NCBI GenBank assembly: GCA_030550455.1
Contig: JAUQPH010000002.1
Location: 100,950 to 164,949, forward strand
Source: Thermoproteota archaeon
GTDB taxonomy: Archaea; Thermoproteota; Thermoprotei_A; Sulfolobales; NBVN01
Reading direction: 5' to 3'
Length of the DNA stretch: 64,000 bases
Shown here: one piece after another, positions 19,023 through 28,343 of the stretch
How positions within the stretch are numbered: the first letter of the stretch is position 1
How the letters are laid out: the number at the start of each line of letters is the position of its first letter
Made by a program: the position numbers and the translations under genes
Notes under the pieces: generated by a model
Told to the model about the DNA's origin: nothing
Databases searched by the model: none
The model's input: the letters and a program-made list of their open reading frames with translations, nothing else

Positions 19023-20837
19023 CTACATCTTTACGACTTTAGTTAGTCTTCTGGGTTTATCTACGTTTATTCCTCTTCGCTTTGCTAAGTGGTAAGCTAG
19101 GAGTTGTAACGCTACTGCTATAGCTATCGGCATAAAATGCCTTTTCATACTGGGTACTCTTATCTCAGTAAGCTTAGACCTCTCGCTCTTAGTAGTATGG
19201 GATAAGAGTACTGCTGGACTTCCGTACTCTAGTACTTCTTCGACTACGACCAGCATGTCTTCAGCGGCCACCGGCTCTAGAGGCTCTATAAACACGACGA
19301 ACACGTTTTCGTCTAGAATCGCTATAGGTCCATGCCTTAATTCACCACCTTCAATACCCTCCGCGTGTACATACGCTGCTTCCTTTATCTTCAGAGCTCC
19401 CTCTAAGGCTAGCGGGTAAGCTATACCTCTCGATACGACATATCCACTGCTACACTTTGTGAGACGTTTTGAGGCTTCTTCTGCTTCTACTGATACTTTG
19501 TTTAAGTTTTCAATTAGAACAGTATGTACACTTTCGAATTCGTGCCAGATCTCAGATAACGTGTTGGAGATAGGTGTGTTAACTATAGTTGCGACGGACT
19601 TAGCTAAAGTGTAAAGTAGCACTAGCGTCGATGTAAAGGTTTTAGTTGCCGGGACAGCTAGTTCTGGACCGGCAGCTATTGGTAAGTATATGTTTGAAAA
19701 CCTTGTCAGCCTCGAGTTTATGTTGTTAGTAACTCCTATTACTGTAGCACCTCTGAGTCTAGCCTCGTAAGCAGACCTAACGACTTCTGAGGTTTCACCA
19801 GACTGACTTATAGCTATTACTGAGTCACCGACACTTACACCATCGAGGTAGTACAGCAAGAACTCAGACGCGCTAACTACGGTTGGTACTATACCAGCTA
19901 GCTCCGAGAGGTAGTAAGAGAACACCATGCCGGCATGAAGGCTTGTCCCGTTAGCTGTTACGAAGACTCTATTGCTCCTACGTATCATTTTAGAGGCAAG
20001 CTCTAAGTACTTAGCTTGAAGCGCCGAAGCCGTTCTTAAAATACTGTAAGGTATCTCGTATATCTCACGGAGCATATGGTGAGGAAACCCACTCGTTTCT
20101 ACTAAGGATTCATCGAGGTGATAATTTAGGAATTGCCTTGAAAGAGTCCTCCCGTTCAGGTCAGCAAAAACTATGTTACCTTCACTCGTTACGACGACCA
20201 TCTCACCCCCACTAATTTCAGAGTACTCGGTAACCATGCCGTGAAGACTAGAGAGAGTGGAAGCTATCGCTAAGAGGTCTCTACTAAGCCCCACATAGAT
20301 TGGTTGATGTGATGTGTAAGCGATAGCTGAACCGTCTTTAAAGAAGGCGATAGCTGTCACAAACCCCTTAAGTTTAGCGATGGCTTCTGTAAACGCCCTC
20401 GTGTGACTAAATCCTTTTTTCGCAAAGTCCTCTATGAGGTGCGGTAAGAGCTCGAAGTCGGATTTTGAAGTAAGTTTATGTCCTTTCTCTACTAATTCCG
20501 TATACAGCTCTTCGTAGTTTCTTACAGCTCCATCGCCTACTACGACTACAGTCTTTTCACAGTCTGCATGCGGATGAGCATTCCTCGCGTCAGCTTTTCC
20601 ATGCGTGGAGTACCTCGTGTGGCCGAGAACGCTAATCGCTGACCTGTCTCCAAGAGAATACTTGGTATAGAGTTCGCCAATTGGGCATGAATCCTTGACT
20701 ATCTTCACCTCGCCTCCTTCGAGCCACGCTAAACCACTACAGTCTCTGCCCCGAAACTCCATCCTCGTCAGAGCAAGTCTAGCTAAGGGAATTACGTTAA
20801 GGCCTCCAGTAGACCTGATAAAGACCAACCCGCCCAC
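19023..20837 (-). CDS. glmS: glutamine--fructose-6-phosphate aminotransferase-like protein (GlmS family) with a degenerate glutaminase active site
   Basis: 604 aa; GATase-2-like N domain (RMEFRGRDCSG, HTRYSTHG, NAHPH) and two SIS domains (ISQSGETSEV, ALEGALKIKEAAYVHAEGIEGGELRHGP, C-terminal VDKPRRLTKVVKM). The N-terminus is MGGLVFI where MCGI is expected. Confidence 0.85.
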   Translation of the reverse strand: MGGLVFIRSTGGLNVIPLARLALTRMEFRGRDCSGLAWLEGGEVKIVKDSCPIGELYTKYSLGDRSAISVLGHTRYSTHGKADARNAHPHADCEKTVVVVGDGAVRNYEELYTELVEKGHKLTSKSDFELLPHLIEDFAKKGFSHTRAFTEAIAKLKGFVTAIAFFKDGSAIAYTSHQPIYVGLSRDLLAIASTLSSLHGMVTEYSEISGGEMVVVTSEGNIVFADLNGRTLSRQFLNYHLDESLVETSGFPHHMLREIYEIPYSILRTASALQAKYLELASKMIRRSNRVFVTANGTSLHAGMVFSYYLSELAGIVPTVVSASEFLLYYLDGVSVGDSVIAISQSGETSEVVRSAYEARLRGATVIGVTNNINSRLTRFSNIYLPIAAGPELAVPATKTFTSTLVLLYTLAKSVATIVNTPISNTLSEIWHEFESVHTVLIENLNKVSVEAEEASKRLTKCSSGYVVSRGIAYPLALEGALKIKEAAYVHAEGIEGGELRHGPIAILDENVFVVFIEPLEPVAAEDMLVVVEEVLEYGSPAVLLSHTTKSERSKLTEIRVPSMKRHFMPIAIAVALQLLAYHLAKRRGINVDKPRRLTKVVKM

Positions 20838-20945
20838 TTCAGGAACCGTAACACACTTGAGTATCGCTAAAATATGCGTGACGTAGTGTAGTGACGATCA
20901 GCAACTTAAGTTCTAATTAAGCTCTAACAACTTGGATGAGCGAAT

Positions 20946-22178
20946 TTGCCACCGCAGACAGTAACCGTGGGAATAGTCGGTAAAACTAATGTAGGTAAAA
21001 CAACCTTCTTCTCAGCTGCCACGCTACTTGACGCGAAAATCGAGAATAGACCTTTTGTAACTATAGACCCAAATATAGGTATAGCTTACGTCAGGAAAAA
21101 ATGTGCTCACGTAGAATTAGGTCTCCAATACTGCAATCCTAAAAACTCCATCTGCCTTGGAGGCTATAGGTTCGTGCCCGTGAAGGTGTACGACGTCGCA
21201 GGTCTCATAAAGGGGGCACATAGAGGGAGGGGGTTGGGGAACAAGTTCATGGACGATCTAAGGCAGGCAGACGTTCTTCTCCACATAGTAGACATGTCTG
21301 GTGAAACAGATGAAGAGGGTAATCCAGTAAGGCCGGGCTACTACGACCCCCTCGACGAGATTGAGTCCATAGAGTTCGAGATAAATGAGTGGTTTTATGG
21401 AGTGATAGCACGTGATTGGGATAGGTTCTCGAGAGGATTAGACACGCTATCTTGGGATGAAGTCGTTTCTAGAATAGCAAAAAGAGTTTCTGGTCTATCT
21501 ATAAAGAGGGAACATGTAGTCGATGCTCTACGTGAGACCAAACTTGAGAACACCAAGCCCGGATCATGGAAAGAGGAAGACCTTAGGCTATTCTCTAGAA
21601 AGCTAAGGGAGTTAGCTAAGCCCCTTATAGTGGTGGCAAATAAGATGGATATTCCAGAAGCCGAAGACAACTACAGAAGAGTTATTAATAGCTTAAAAGA
21701 TAGAAAGGTAGTTGTACCAACAAGCTCACTGTTTGAACTAGCTCTAAGAAAAGCTGCTAAGTCTGGTTTAATAAGATACTTACCTGGCGACTCGTACTTT
21801 GAGGTAGTAGATGAATCGAAGTTAACTACGAAGCAGAAATTAGTGCTAGACAGAATAAGGGAGTTCATGAGAAAATACGGGGGAACCGGCGTCCAGAGAG
21901 CTCTGGATACAGCAGTTTTCGATGTGCTCAGAATGATCGTAGTGTACCCAGTCGAAAACGTCTCTAAGTTAAGTGATAAAGATGGAAACGTTCTTCCAGA
22001 TGCCTATCTTGTCAGACAAGGAACGACAGCAATGGAATTAGCAGAAATGGTGCATACAGAGTTAGCTAAAGGATTCATAGCTGCCTACATAGTGAATAAG
22101 AACAAGAGAACTGGTGCAGAATATAAACTATCCGACGGAGACGTGGTCAAGATAGTATCAGCCACAGCTCGCGGATAA
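20946..22178 (+). CDS. P-loop GTPase of the OBG/YchF-like class with a C-terminal TGS-like domain
   Basis: 410 aa; G1 GIVGKTNVGKTT, G3 DVAGL, G4 ANKMD, C-terminal LSDGDVVKIV. Confidence 0.7.
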   Translation: MPPQTVTVGIVGKTNVGKTTFFSAATLLDAKIENRPFVTIDPNIGIAYVRKKCAHVELGLQYCNPKNSICLGGYRFVPVKVYDVAGLIKGAHRGRGLGNKFMDDLRQADVLLHIVDMSGETDEEGNPVRPGYYDPLDEIESIEFEINEWFYGVIARDWDRFSRGLDTLSWDEVVSRIAKRVSGLSIKREHVVDALRETKLENTKPGSWKEEDLRLFSRKLRELAKPLIVVANKMDIPEAEDNYRRVINSLKDRKVVVPTSSLFELALRKAAKSGLIRYLPGDSYFEVVDESKLTTKQKLVLDRIREFMRKYGGTGVQRALDTAVFDVLRMIVVYPVENVSKLSDKDGNVLPDAYLVRQGTTAMELAEMVHTELAKGFIAAYIVNKNKRTGAEYKLSDGDVVKIVSATARG

Positions 22179-22254
22179 AACTAACTCTCCTTCTCACACT
22201 CTAACTTAACTCACATAGATGTTAGTGTCTTCATGAGTTCGCGAGCATTGATCA

Positions 22255-22500
22255 GGGGTTAAGCTCCTGTGCTGGCTTGTATTGGTTGATTTCAACGCCT
22301 CGCTCCCGTTTCCCAGCATCTTACTCAGAACCTCATCGGTCTCGGAGCACCCCAGACTCCACACCTTGAGTGTCTTAGTGAGAGCCTTTGCGGGGCTCTT
22401 GATCCCTCATTGAGACCACTTCCGCATATGAAGCGCTAAAGACACTCACAAAAGTCCCCACCCACATCAACCGACATGAATAGATATGAAATCCGAAACA
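22255..22500 (+). repeat. dispersed intergenic element family, copy B
   Basis: GGGGTTAAGCTC..TGCTGGCTTGTATTGGTTGAT..CCGTTTCCCAGC..CACACCTTGAGT..hairpin AGAGCC/GGCTCT..GATCCCTCATTGAG..ATCAACCGACATGAATAGATATGAAATCCGAAACA. Confidence 0.7.
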
Positions 22501-22598
22501 GTCACGTTGTACACCTCGAACTCCTAGCTTACCATAGACACTACTGACCGTACATTGGGCTGTCTTCTTCTTGATCTCACTAGGAAACGTCTATAAGC

Positions 22599-22788
22599 CT
22601 TGTTTCTATCTATTTCTGTGACGAGCCCGGTGGCGATGGGGGCTATGTCCCGAGGTTCTCAGGGCTTAAACTAGGTGGGAGCTCCGTGCGGTTGGGCTCG
22701 GCGGTCACCCATCAACCGACGTGGATACCTAAATCCACGTGGGTGAGGTGGAAGTCCATAGATGTAACCACCAACGAAAACGAAACGA
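22599..22788 (+). repeat. dispersed intergenic element family, copy E (short variant with inverted GTTTC/GAAAC termini)
   Basis: Starts CTTGTTTCTATCTATTTC (inverted form of the family right end). It contains CACCCATCAACCGACGTGGA, matching copy B CACCCACATCAACCGACATGAA, and ends ..CCACCAACGAAAACGAAACGA. Confidence 0.45.
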
Positions 22789-23031
22789 TCGAGATGAACA
22801 TCTAGAGAAAAACGGTTCAAACACTGAGGATAGAACCAAAATGCTCATCGCAAACAGCAAGAGAAGTGGAGAACTTATTTAGATAGGCGTTAGCGTAGCT
22901 TACCACTTTAAGGAGCAGTAACGATGAGATGTTTTGCGCGCTTACAGCGGTAAAGCAATGAATATATGGGATAGTAAATATAGAATAGTAAGTAAATAGT
23001 AAGTAATAAGTATTTCTCTAGTGGGAATTCA

Positions 23032-24324
23032 TCAGGGCTGGAAGGAGGAGAGTACATCTAGCATTACTACTTTAATGTGTTTTCCGATGACTTCAGAAAA
23101 GCTGGGAGTAGTCCTTCCGTTATCGCCATCTACGAGTTCCTTGACGTAGAGACCTCCGTCTACTTTTATTAATGCCTCTAGGAGGTACTTAGACACCAAG
23201 TTGACTCTCACCTCATATACTCTCTTGCGGCGAACAACGTCTTTCCTTCTACTTAGTACTCTAGTAGGAGTCCTCTGGTATATCACTCTATTGCTTAAGC
23301 TGAGAACTTTAAAAACATCCTCTTCGCTAAGTCCCTCCGGAACGATCGCTACTATCCTATACGTTTTCTTAGTTGGTCTAGTCTTTATCGCTCTAACGTA
23401 CTCTCTCGTTGTTTTACCATGTATTATTACATGAGTCCAAGGCTCTGAACTCAGATTTATTTCTGGAGGGTAAGTACTGGGGAGAGAGCGTCGAATAGGG
23501 TCTTTAACCTCTATAACCACGGGTCTACCGTCGCCTAGTACTCTGGCATCAGCGTCCTCGCGACCTGCCGCATGTAATACTAGGTTTTTACCGCCAAATA
23601 TTTCTAAAACACTACGGCAGGTCTCATACACAGAGAGCTTGTATTTTCTTGTCCCATCCTTTCTAAACCAGGGCATCTGAGATATGAATCTACCTGTTTT
23701 TACATACCTACCTCTTAGTAAGAGCGGAAAGGTCTTTATACTTACCTCTCTACTCTCGAGGTTCAGTACTACAAGAATGTCAGGATTGCTGAAACTCGGT
23801 GGAATCGATAACTCCTTAGATATGTACTTACCGACTAACCGCTTAACTTCTCTGCGTATGCTTTCCCAAGTATCAAGACCTAACACTCCAATTACTTCTA
23901 GCTCCCGCTTTTCGTACATCGAACCGGCTTCAACACCAACAAGAAAACTAGAGAATTCACGTTGCTCACCCCTAAGTAGCTTGAGAGCTTCCTCTCCTAG
24001 TTCTAGTATGATTTCATCTAGCTTCGTTCCACATATGTAACAAGTCCCTGTACGGTCTAATTGAAGCTTTGATTCAGCGGGCAGCGATAGCCGAATGCTC
24101 GTTGTCAAGTTCTTTAACTCATCCTCACTAAGCTGGATCTCGGTAAGAAACATTAAGAGAAGAGTTTTGATAGCTCTCCCGCGGTCAGCGTTATCTAGAC
24201 CTCTACCAAGCCTAGCAAACAATCTCCCCAGGCAACGGTCACATAAAGGATACTTTGTAAGAACCCTTAACGCTGCTTCCATGACCTTACTTAAGTTCTC
24301 CCACCTATTAGTCAGACCCTCCAC
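23032..24324 (-). CDS. pus10: tRNA pseudouridine synthase Pus10 (THUMP domain plus catalytic domain)
   Basis: 430 aa; N-terminal Zn module CDRCLGRLFARLG ... CYICG, C-terminal pseudouridine synthase domain (AAGREDADARVLG, GGLYVKELV). Confidence 0.85.
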   Translation of the reverse strand: MEGLTNRWENLSKVMEAALRVLTKYPLCDRCLGRLFARLGRGLDNADRGRAIKTLLLMFLTEIQLSEDELKNLTTSIRLSLPAESKLQLDRTGTCYICGTKLDEIILELGEEALKLLRGEQREFSSFLVGVEAGSMYEKRELEVIGVLGLDTWESIRREVKRLVGKYISKELSIPPSFSNPDILVVLNLESREVSIKTFPLLLRGRYVKTGRFISQMPWFRKDGTRKYKLSVYETCRSVLEIFGGKNLVLHAAGREDADARVLGDGRPVVIEVKDPIRRSLPSTYPPEINLSSEPWTHVIIHGKTTREYVRAIKTRPTKKTYRIVAIVPEGLSEEDVFKVLSLSNRVIYQRTPTRVLSRRKDVVRRKRVYEVRVNLVSKYLLEALIKVDGGLYVKELVDGDNGRTTPSFSEVIGKHIKVVMLDVLSSFQP

Positions 24325-25663
24325 CTAAGCGGCCCAGGTCGAGCCCCTTGACTCGAAGTTTTCCTCTCTTCAAATCCTTTAGCATTTTGTTCACTAGCTC
24401 GTAGTAATCGAGAAGTTCTTTTACTTCATTAACAGTTCTACCAGACCCTAAAGCTATTCTCCTCACTCTACTTTTGTCTATTATGCTCGGGTTATCGAGC
24501 TCTCTATACGTCATAGACTCAATTATACTAACCCACACGTCCATCTTTTTCTCACTTCCTTTAAGCATTTCATCACCTATCTTCAACATAGATAACCCGG
24601 GTACTAACTCGAGGACTTTTCTCAGGGGACCCAACTTTTTAACTGACTTAAGCTGGTAGTATATGTCCCTCATGGTCATTCTACCTAAGGTTACAGCTTT
24701 TTCAAGACGTTTCCTGATTTCATCGCTTTCCTCAATAGCTTTAAATTTCTCTAAGAGGGTTTCTAAATCTCCTAGTCCAAGTACTCTAGCAACAAACCTC
24801 TTAGGGTTGAAGAGTTCGAAGTCCTCGAGCTTCTCTCCGTCTCCTATAAACTTGATTTTAGCACCAGTAGCCACTACTGCTGAAAGTGCTCCACCTCCAC
24901 GCGCTGTACCGTCTAGTTTAGTGACTATTATAGAGCCAATAGGGGTTTGTTCGTGAAACTTTTTCGCTAGGTCAAACGCTTTCTGCCCTACTGACGCATC
25001 TATTACGAGTATGACCTCTGAAGGCTTAATTGCTTCGGCAATTTCCTTCATCTCTACGAGTAAGTCTTCTTCCTTTCCGTAACCGTGTCTGCCGGCGGTG
25101 TCGACTATAACTATATCGCATAGGTAGTCATGCAACAGTACTTTAATAGCTTTTTTCGCTATTTCTACCGGGTCTCCTTGCCTCTCGCCGTAGAATGGAA
25201 CACCCACGTAGTCTGCCAATTGCTTAAGCTGGTCGTAAGCTGCTGGCCTGTAAGTATCCGTTGTTGCCAGCCCGACTCTATATCCACGCTTCTTGTAGTA
25301 AAGAGCTAACTTACCGGCCGTAGTCGTCTTGCCACTGCCTTGAACTCCTACTAGTAATACCACCCAAGGAAAGCTTCTGGGGAAAGGCTCTGATACTGTG
25401 TCGCCACCTAGAAGCTTTACGAGCTCATCGTAGACTATCTTGATAAACCACTCCTTCCTTAAGATACCCGGTGGAGGCTCTTCTTTAAGTGCTCTTTCCC
25501 TAATCCTAGAGCTTAGCTCTGAGACTACCCTAACGTTAACGTCCGCCTTGATCATCTCCTTCTGTAGCTCCTTAATGAACGCTGCTACAGCTTCCTCATA
25601 GCTCTCAGAGGATCTCAAAAAAGACGATACGAGATCTCTAACTTTACCAAAAATACTCGACAT
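24308..25663 (-). CDS. srp54: signal recognition particle protein SRP54
   Basis: 451 aa; NG domain GVQGSGKTTTAGKLA, DTAGR, TKLDG..GGGALS; M domain with C-terminal basic region. Confidence 0.95.
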   Translation of the reverse strand: MSSIFGKVRDLVSSFLRSSESYEEAVAAFIKELQKEMIKADVNVRVVSELSSRIRERALKEEPPPGILRKEWFIKIVYDELVKLLGGDTVSEPFPRSFPWVVLLVGVQGSGKTTTAGKLALYYKKRGYRVGLATTDTYRPAAYDQLKQLADYVGVPFYGERQGDPVEIAKKAIKVLLHDYLCDIVIVDTAGRHGYGKEEDLLVEMKEIAEAIKPSEVILVIDASVGQKAFDLAKKFHEQTPIGSIIVTKLDGTARGGGALSAVVATGAKIKFIGDGEKLEDFELFNPKRFVARVLGLGDLETLLEKFKAIEESDEIRKRLEKAVTLGRMTMRDIYYQLKSVKKLGPLRKVLELVPGLSMLKIGDEMLKGSEKKMDVWVSIIESMTYRELDNPSIIDKSRVRRIALGSGRTVNEVKELLDYYELVNKMLKDLKRGKLRVKGLDLGRLGGGSD

Positions 25664-25683
25664 GACTCCTTTCCTGAATTACC

Positions 25684-26085
25684 TTAGGCCTTAAGTAAGC
25701 GCATTATTCTCCTAATCCCCATAACCTCCCAGTACTCGACTTCACTACCAGTTTGAATCCTGCTCGCAATGTCTCCCTCTTTTGGAAGCTCTACTTCAAA
25801 GGTCTCGTAGGTTTCTAAATCCATTAGCTGGACCCTATCTCCTAAAATAGCTATAACTTGAGCAGTCTTCTTAGAAACTATAGGTACTTCCACTCTTTGA
25901 TCAACAGGAGCAACCAGAGTTTTTCTAGCACCGCTAAATATACCTATAGCAACTACGTGAGCTTTAGCGCTTCCATGCTTACCCGTTTTTGCTCTAGTCA
26001 TCTCAACTATTCTACACGGCTCTCCATCTATGACTATATAGCTACCCTCCTTAAGGTCGCCAAGCTCAGCATACTCAACACTCAA
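25684..26085 (-). CDS. translation initiation factor aIF5A
   Basis: 133 aa; hypusine loop TGKHGSAKA. Confidence 0.95.
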   Translation of the reverse strand: MSVEYAELGDLKEGSYIVIDGEPCRIVEMTRAKTGKHGSAKAHVVAIGIFSGARKTLVAPVDQRVEVPIVSKKTAQVIAILGDRVQLMDLETYETFEVELPKEGDIASRIQTGSEVEYWEVMGIRRIMRLLKA

Positions 26086-26117
26086 CTAAATCACCTCAAC
26101 TATGTACCTCTACAAAG

Positions 26118-26126
26118 CTTTAAAAG
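26118..26126 (+). promoter_or_regulatory. TATA-like box CTTTAAAAG about 30 nt upstream of tRNA-Asp
   Basis: AT-rich box at archaeal TATA spacing. Confidence 0.4.
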
Positions 26127-26151
26127 CCTCAACAGATTTATAGTAAACGGT

Positions 26152-26226
26152 GCCGCGGTAGTATAGCCCGGCCTAGTATGCGGGCCTGTCGAGCCCGTGA
26201 CCCGGGTTCAAATCCCGGCCGCGGCG
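26152..26226 (+). tRNA. tRNA-Asp (anticodon GUC)
   Basis: Acceptor GCCGCGG/CCGCGGC, anticodon arm CGGGC-CTGTCGA-GCCCG, T arm CCGGG-TTCAAAT-CCCGG, discriminator G. Confidence 0.9.
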
Positions 26227-26254
26227 CTCGAGTTCTTCTAAGTATTCACTAGTA

Positions 26255-26480
26255 TTTCAATTGGTTGGACTTCAAGTAACTAGTAGCACCAGCCGTTTCC
26301 AGCCCTAGGTCTTGCGGGTTTTTCTGCTACTGGCTATACCTCCTGATTTACGCTTTACTATAGCTACTAACTACTCCACGTAGAAGTCGTGAACACTCTA
26401 CAAACCTAACAACACGGAACCCCATACCTAGCTCTAAAACAATCCCACAAAACATTAATAAACCTAACGCATAAAAACGG
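26255..26480 (+). repeat. dispersed intergenic element family, copy G (weak, decayed)
   Basis: Starts TCAATTGGTTGGACTTCAAG (compare TATTGGTTGACTTCAC) about 29 nt after the tRNA-Asp 3' end and shares CCGTTTCCAGCC with copy B CCGTTTCCCAGC. The right end is only vaguely recognisable (AAACCTAACGCATAAAAACGG). Confidence 0.35.
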
Positions 26481-26735
26481 TCGTCGTACCCTAGCTTTCA
26501 AGCTAGGCGTGAGTTTAGTTCCATGAGTTATGGTAGCGTCCACAGCCTCCAGCGTATAGTGGCTAATAGCACCAAAACTAGGAATGTAGATTAGAATGTA
26601 GCATGTGGGGGTGGGCTAGGTAACGATCTGAGAAACAACTAACCTTATTTTGAAATAAAATTAAATTATTTTATTTAACAATTTCTAAATAACATAATGT
26701 TTCTAATGAAATAAAATAAATGAGTTATAAAGGGT

Positions 26736-27152
26736 GTGGGTATGGGGGGATATGCTTATATTTACTCTTGGGAGAAATGGATATGGGAGATGCAGGAAGC
26801 TAAGTACATAGTCTATGGGAAGCATGTCTATGGTAGTTTGTATGAGTGTAGATACGAGCTACTAGCTGATCCAGAGTTTCTTAAGAACGTCGTCATAGAG
26901 GCTTCTAAAATAGGTAACATGACGTTACTTGATGTTAAAGTTTGGCACATAAGTCCGGGAGTTAGTGTGATAGCTGTGATTCTAGAGTCGCATATAGCCG
27001 TACACACTTGGCCTGAATATGGTTTTGCTACTGTAGATGTGTACTCCTGCGGAAAGCACTCGAAGCCTGAAGAAGCCTTTAAGTACATAGTCCAGGCTCT
27101 CAATCCGAAGCGGTTTGAGTATACAGTAGCAGATAGGTCCTACTTAGAGTAA
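26736..27152 (+). CDS. speH: S-adenosylmethionine decarboxylase proenzyme (pyruvoyl-dependent, SpeH type)
   Basis: Self-cleavage/active-site region [26 protein letters not shown]. The probable real start is the ATG at 26790 ([12 protein letters not shown]...). Confidence 0.85.
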   Translation: MGMGGYAYIYSWEKWIWEMQEAKYIVYGKHVYGSLYECRYELLADPEFLKNVVIEASKIGNMTLLDVKVWHISPGVSVIAVILESHIAVHTWPEYGFATVDVYSCGKHSKPEEAFKYIVQALNPKRFEYTVADRSYLE

Positions 27153-27192
27153 ACAGTAGTAAGCGTGTAGCTATAATTTTTCATATTCATAT

Positions 27193-28236
27193 TCATAACA
27201 GTAGAGATAACAACAACGCAAGTATTCCAGTCATTATCGCTATCTTCAGGGCCGATCTCACTTTAATTGCTGTTGAAATAATGTTGCTGCATTTAATGAT
27301 CTTCAGGGCTGAAGCCACTACTATTATTACCGTGAATGTAGCTAGTGGGATGTAAATTGAGGCATTATAGAGACCTGAAAAAAGGGGCAGTATGGACAGT
27401 GCCGGAACCGTAAATAGGATTGCCGAGGCTACTAGAGCTGACTTCCTTAAACCAATCGTTCTAGGGAGAGATCTCACTCCGCGCACGGAGTCAGCATGAT
27501 AATCCTCAATTGTTTTAACTATCTCTCTCCCTAAGAGCAATGTGAAAGCTATTGTAATAGGGACTAATGCTGAGGCTAGAGCTTCGTACTTCCCTGTTTG
27601 AGCACATACTACCAGAGAACCGTATAGAATAGATGCGCCACCTTCAAAACTAACGACAACGTTTCCCACGATTCCCCACTCTTTTATTTTTGCCGAGTAG
27701 CTGTATACTAAGAGAGAGTTCAATAACACAAAAACGAATGATGCTATACCGAATACTATCGAGAGAGAGATGCCTATGAAGCCCAGGACTAGAGAAAAGT
27801 AGAAAACCTCTTTAGGACTAACTCTTCCGGAAGGTATAGGTCTATAGGGTTTGTTGACTAAGTCTACTTTGTAGTCGAAGTAGTCATTAATCACGTACCC
27901 TCCTGCTGAAACGAACGCTACAACAGCACTAGCTATTACTATCTCTAAAGCATATAGAGGTCTTTCTAACGCTCTCGAGGCAGTTAGTATGCCTAGGACG
28001 ACACATAAAACTGCTGCTATTAAGTTGTGTGGGCGGATTAGCTCTAGGTACGCTGAGAGCTTGCTCTTAAGGCTGTTAGTAGGCTTACGGTAAGTCGTAG
28101 CTCCTGGCTCACTTTTCTTAAGTAGCGCTATCGGCGAAACAGTCCCGTAAGTGTTTCGCGTTAGTCCATGTACTAACTTTGAGCTACTTAGCTGATGGAA
28201 CCTTCCGTACTCTGCGTGTTTTAGCTTGTCAACCAT
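27193..28236 (-). CDS. UbiA-family prenyltransferase (digeranylgeranylglyceryl phosphate synthase-like)
   Basis: 347 aa, polytopic membrane protein; Asp-rich motif NDYFDYKVD and a second motif region KTIEDYHAD. The N-terminal about 55 aa may not be translated. Confidence 0.7.
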   Translation of the reverse strand: MVDKLKHAEYGRFHQLSSSKLVHGLTRNTYGTVSPIALLKKSEPGATTYRKPTNSLKSKLSAYLELIRPHNLIAAVLCVVLGILTASRALERPLYALEIVIASAVVAFVSAGGYVINDYFDYKVDLVNKPYRPIPSGRVSPKEVFYFSLVLGFIGISLSIVFGIASFVFVLLNSLLVYSYSAKIKEWGIVGNVVVSFEGGASILYGSLVVCAQTGKYEALASALVPITIAFTLLLGREIVKTIEDYHADSVRGVRSLPRTIGLRKSALVASAILFTVPALSILPLFSGLYNASIYIPLATFTVIIVVASALKIIKCSNIISTAIKVRSALKIAIMTGILALLLSLLL

Positions 28237-28343
28237 CTCTAGCTACCTCGGTCTAGTAACGTCCTCATATTCAATCACATTCGAAGTTAAAACGTTTGCC
28301 AGCATTACCCTGGTTTAAGCCCTTTATGTTAGGACCGATGGTC

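Noticed and set aside
20838-20870. Possibility that the GlmS start is mis-annotated and an upstream Cys (..LKCVTVPE..) is the true Cys1
   Set aside because: No ATG, GTG or TTG codon exists between the upstream in-frame TGA and the annotated GTG, and the codon preceding Cys is AAG. The Cys1-to-Gly observation therefore stands, pending resequencing.
22741-22760. GGTGGAAGTCCA inside copy E resembles the RNase P RNA CR-I motif GAGGAAAGUCC
   Set aside because: Only a partial match. None of the other universally conserved RNase P regions (ACAGAAA, GGGUGAAACGG-type) occur nearby, and the segment aligns to the repeat family instead.
22971-23013. AT-rich microsatellite-like run AGTAAATATAGAATAGTAAGTAAATAGTAAGTAATAAGTA downstream of pus10
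   Set aside because: Imperfect low-complexity sequence with no defined unit number, consistent with a T/A-rich terminator region; nothing further can be supported.
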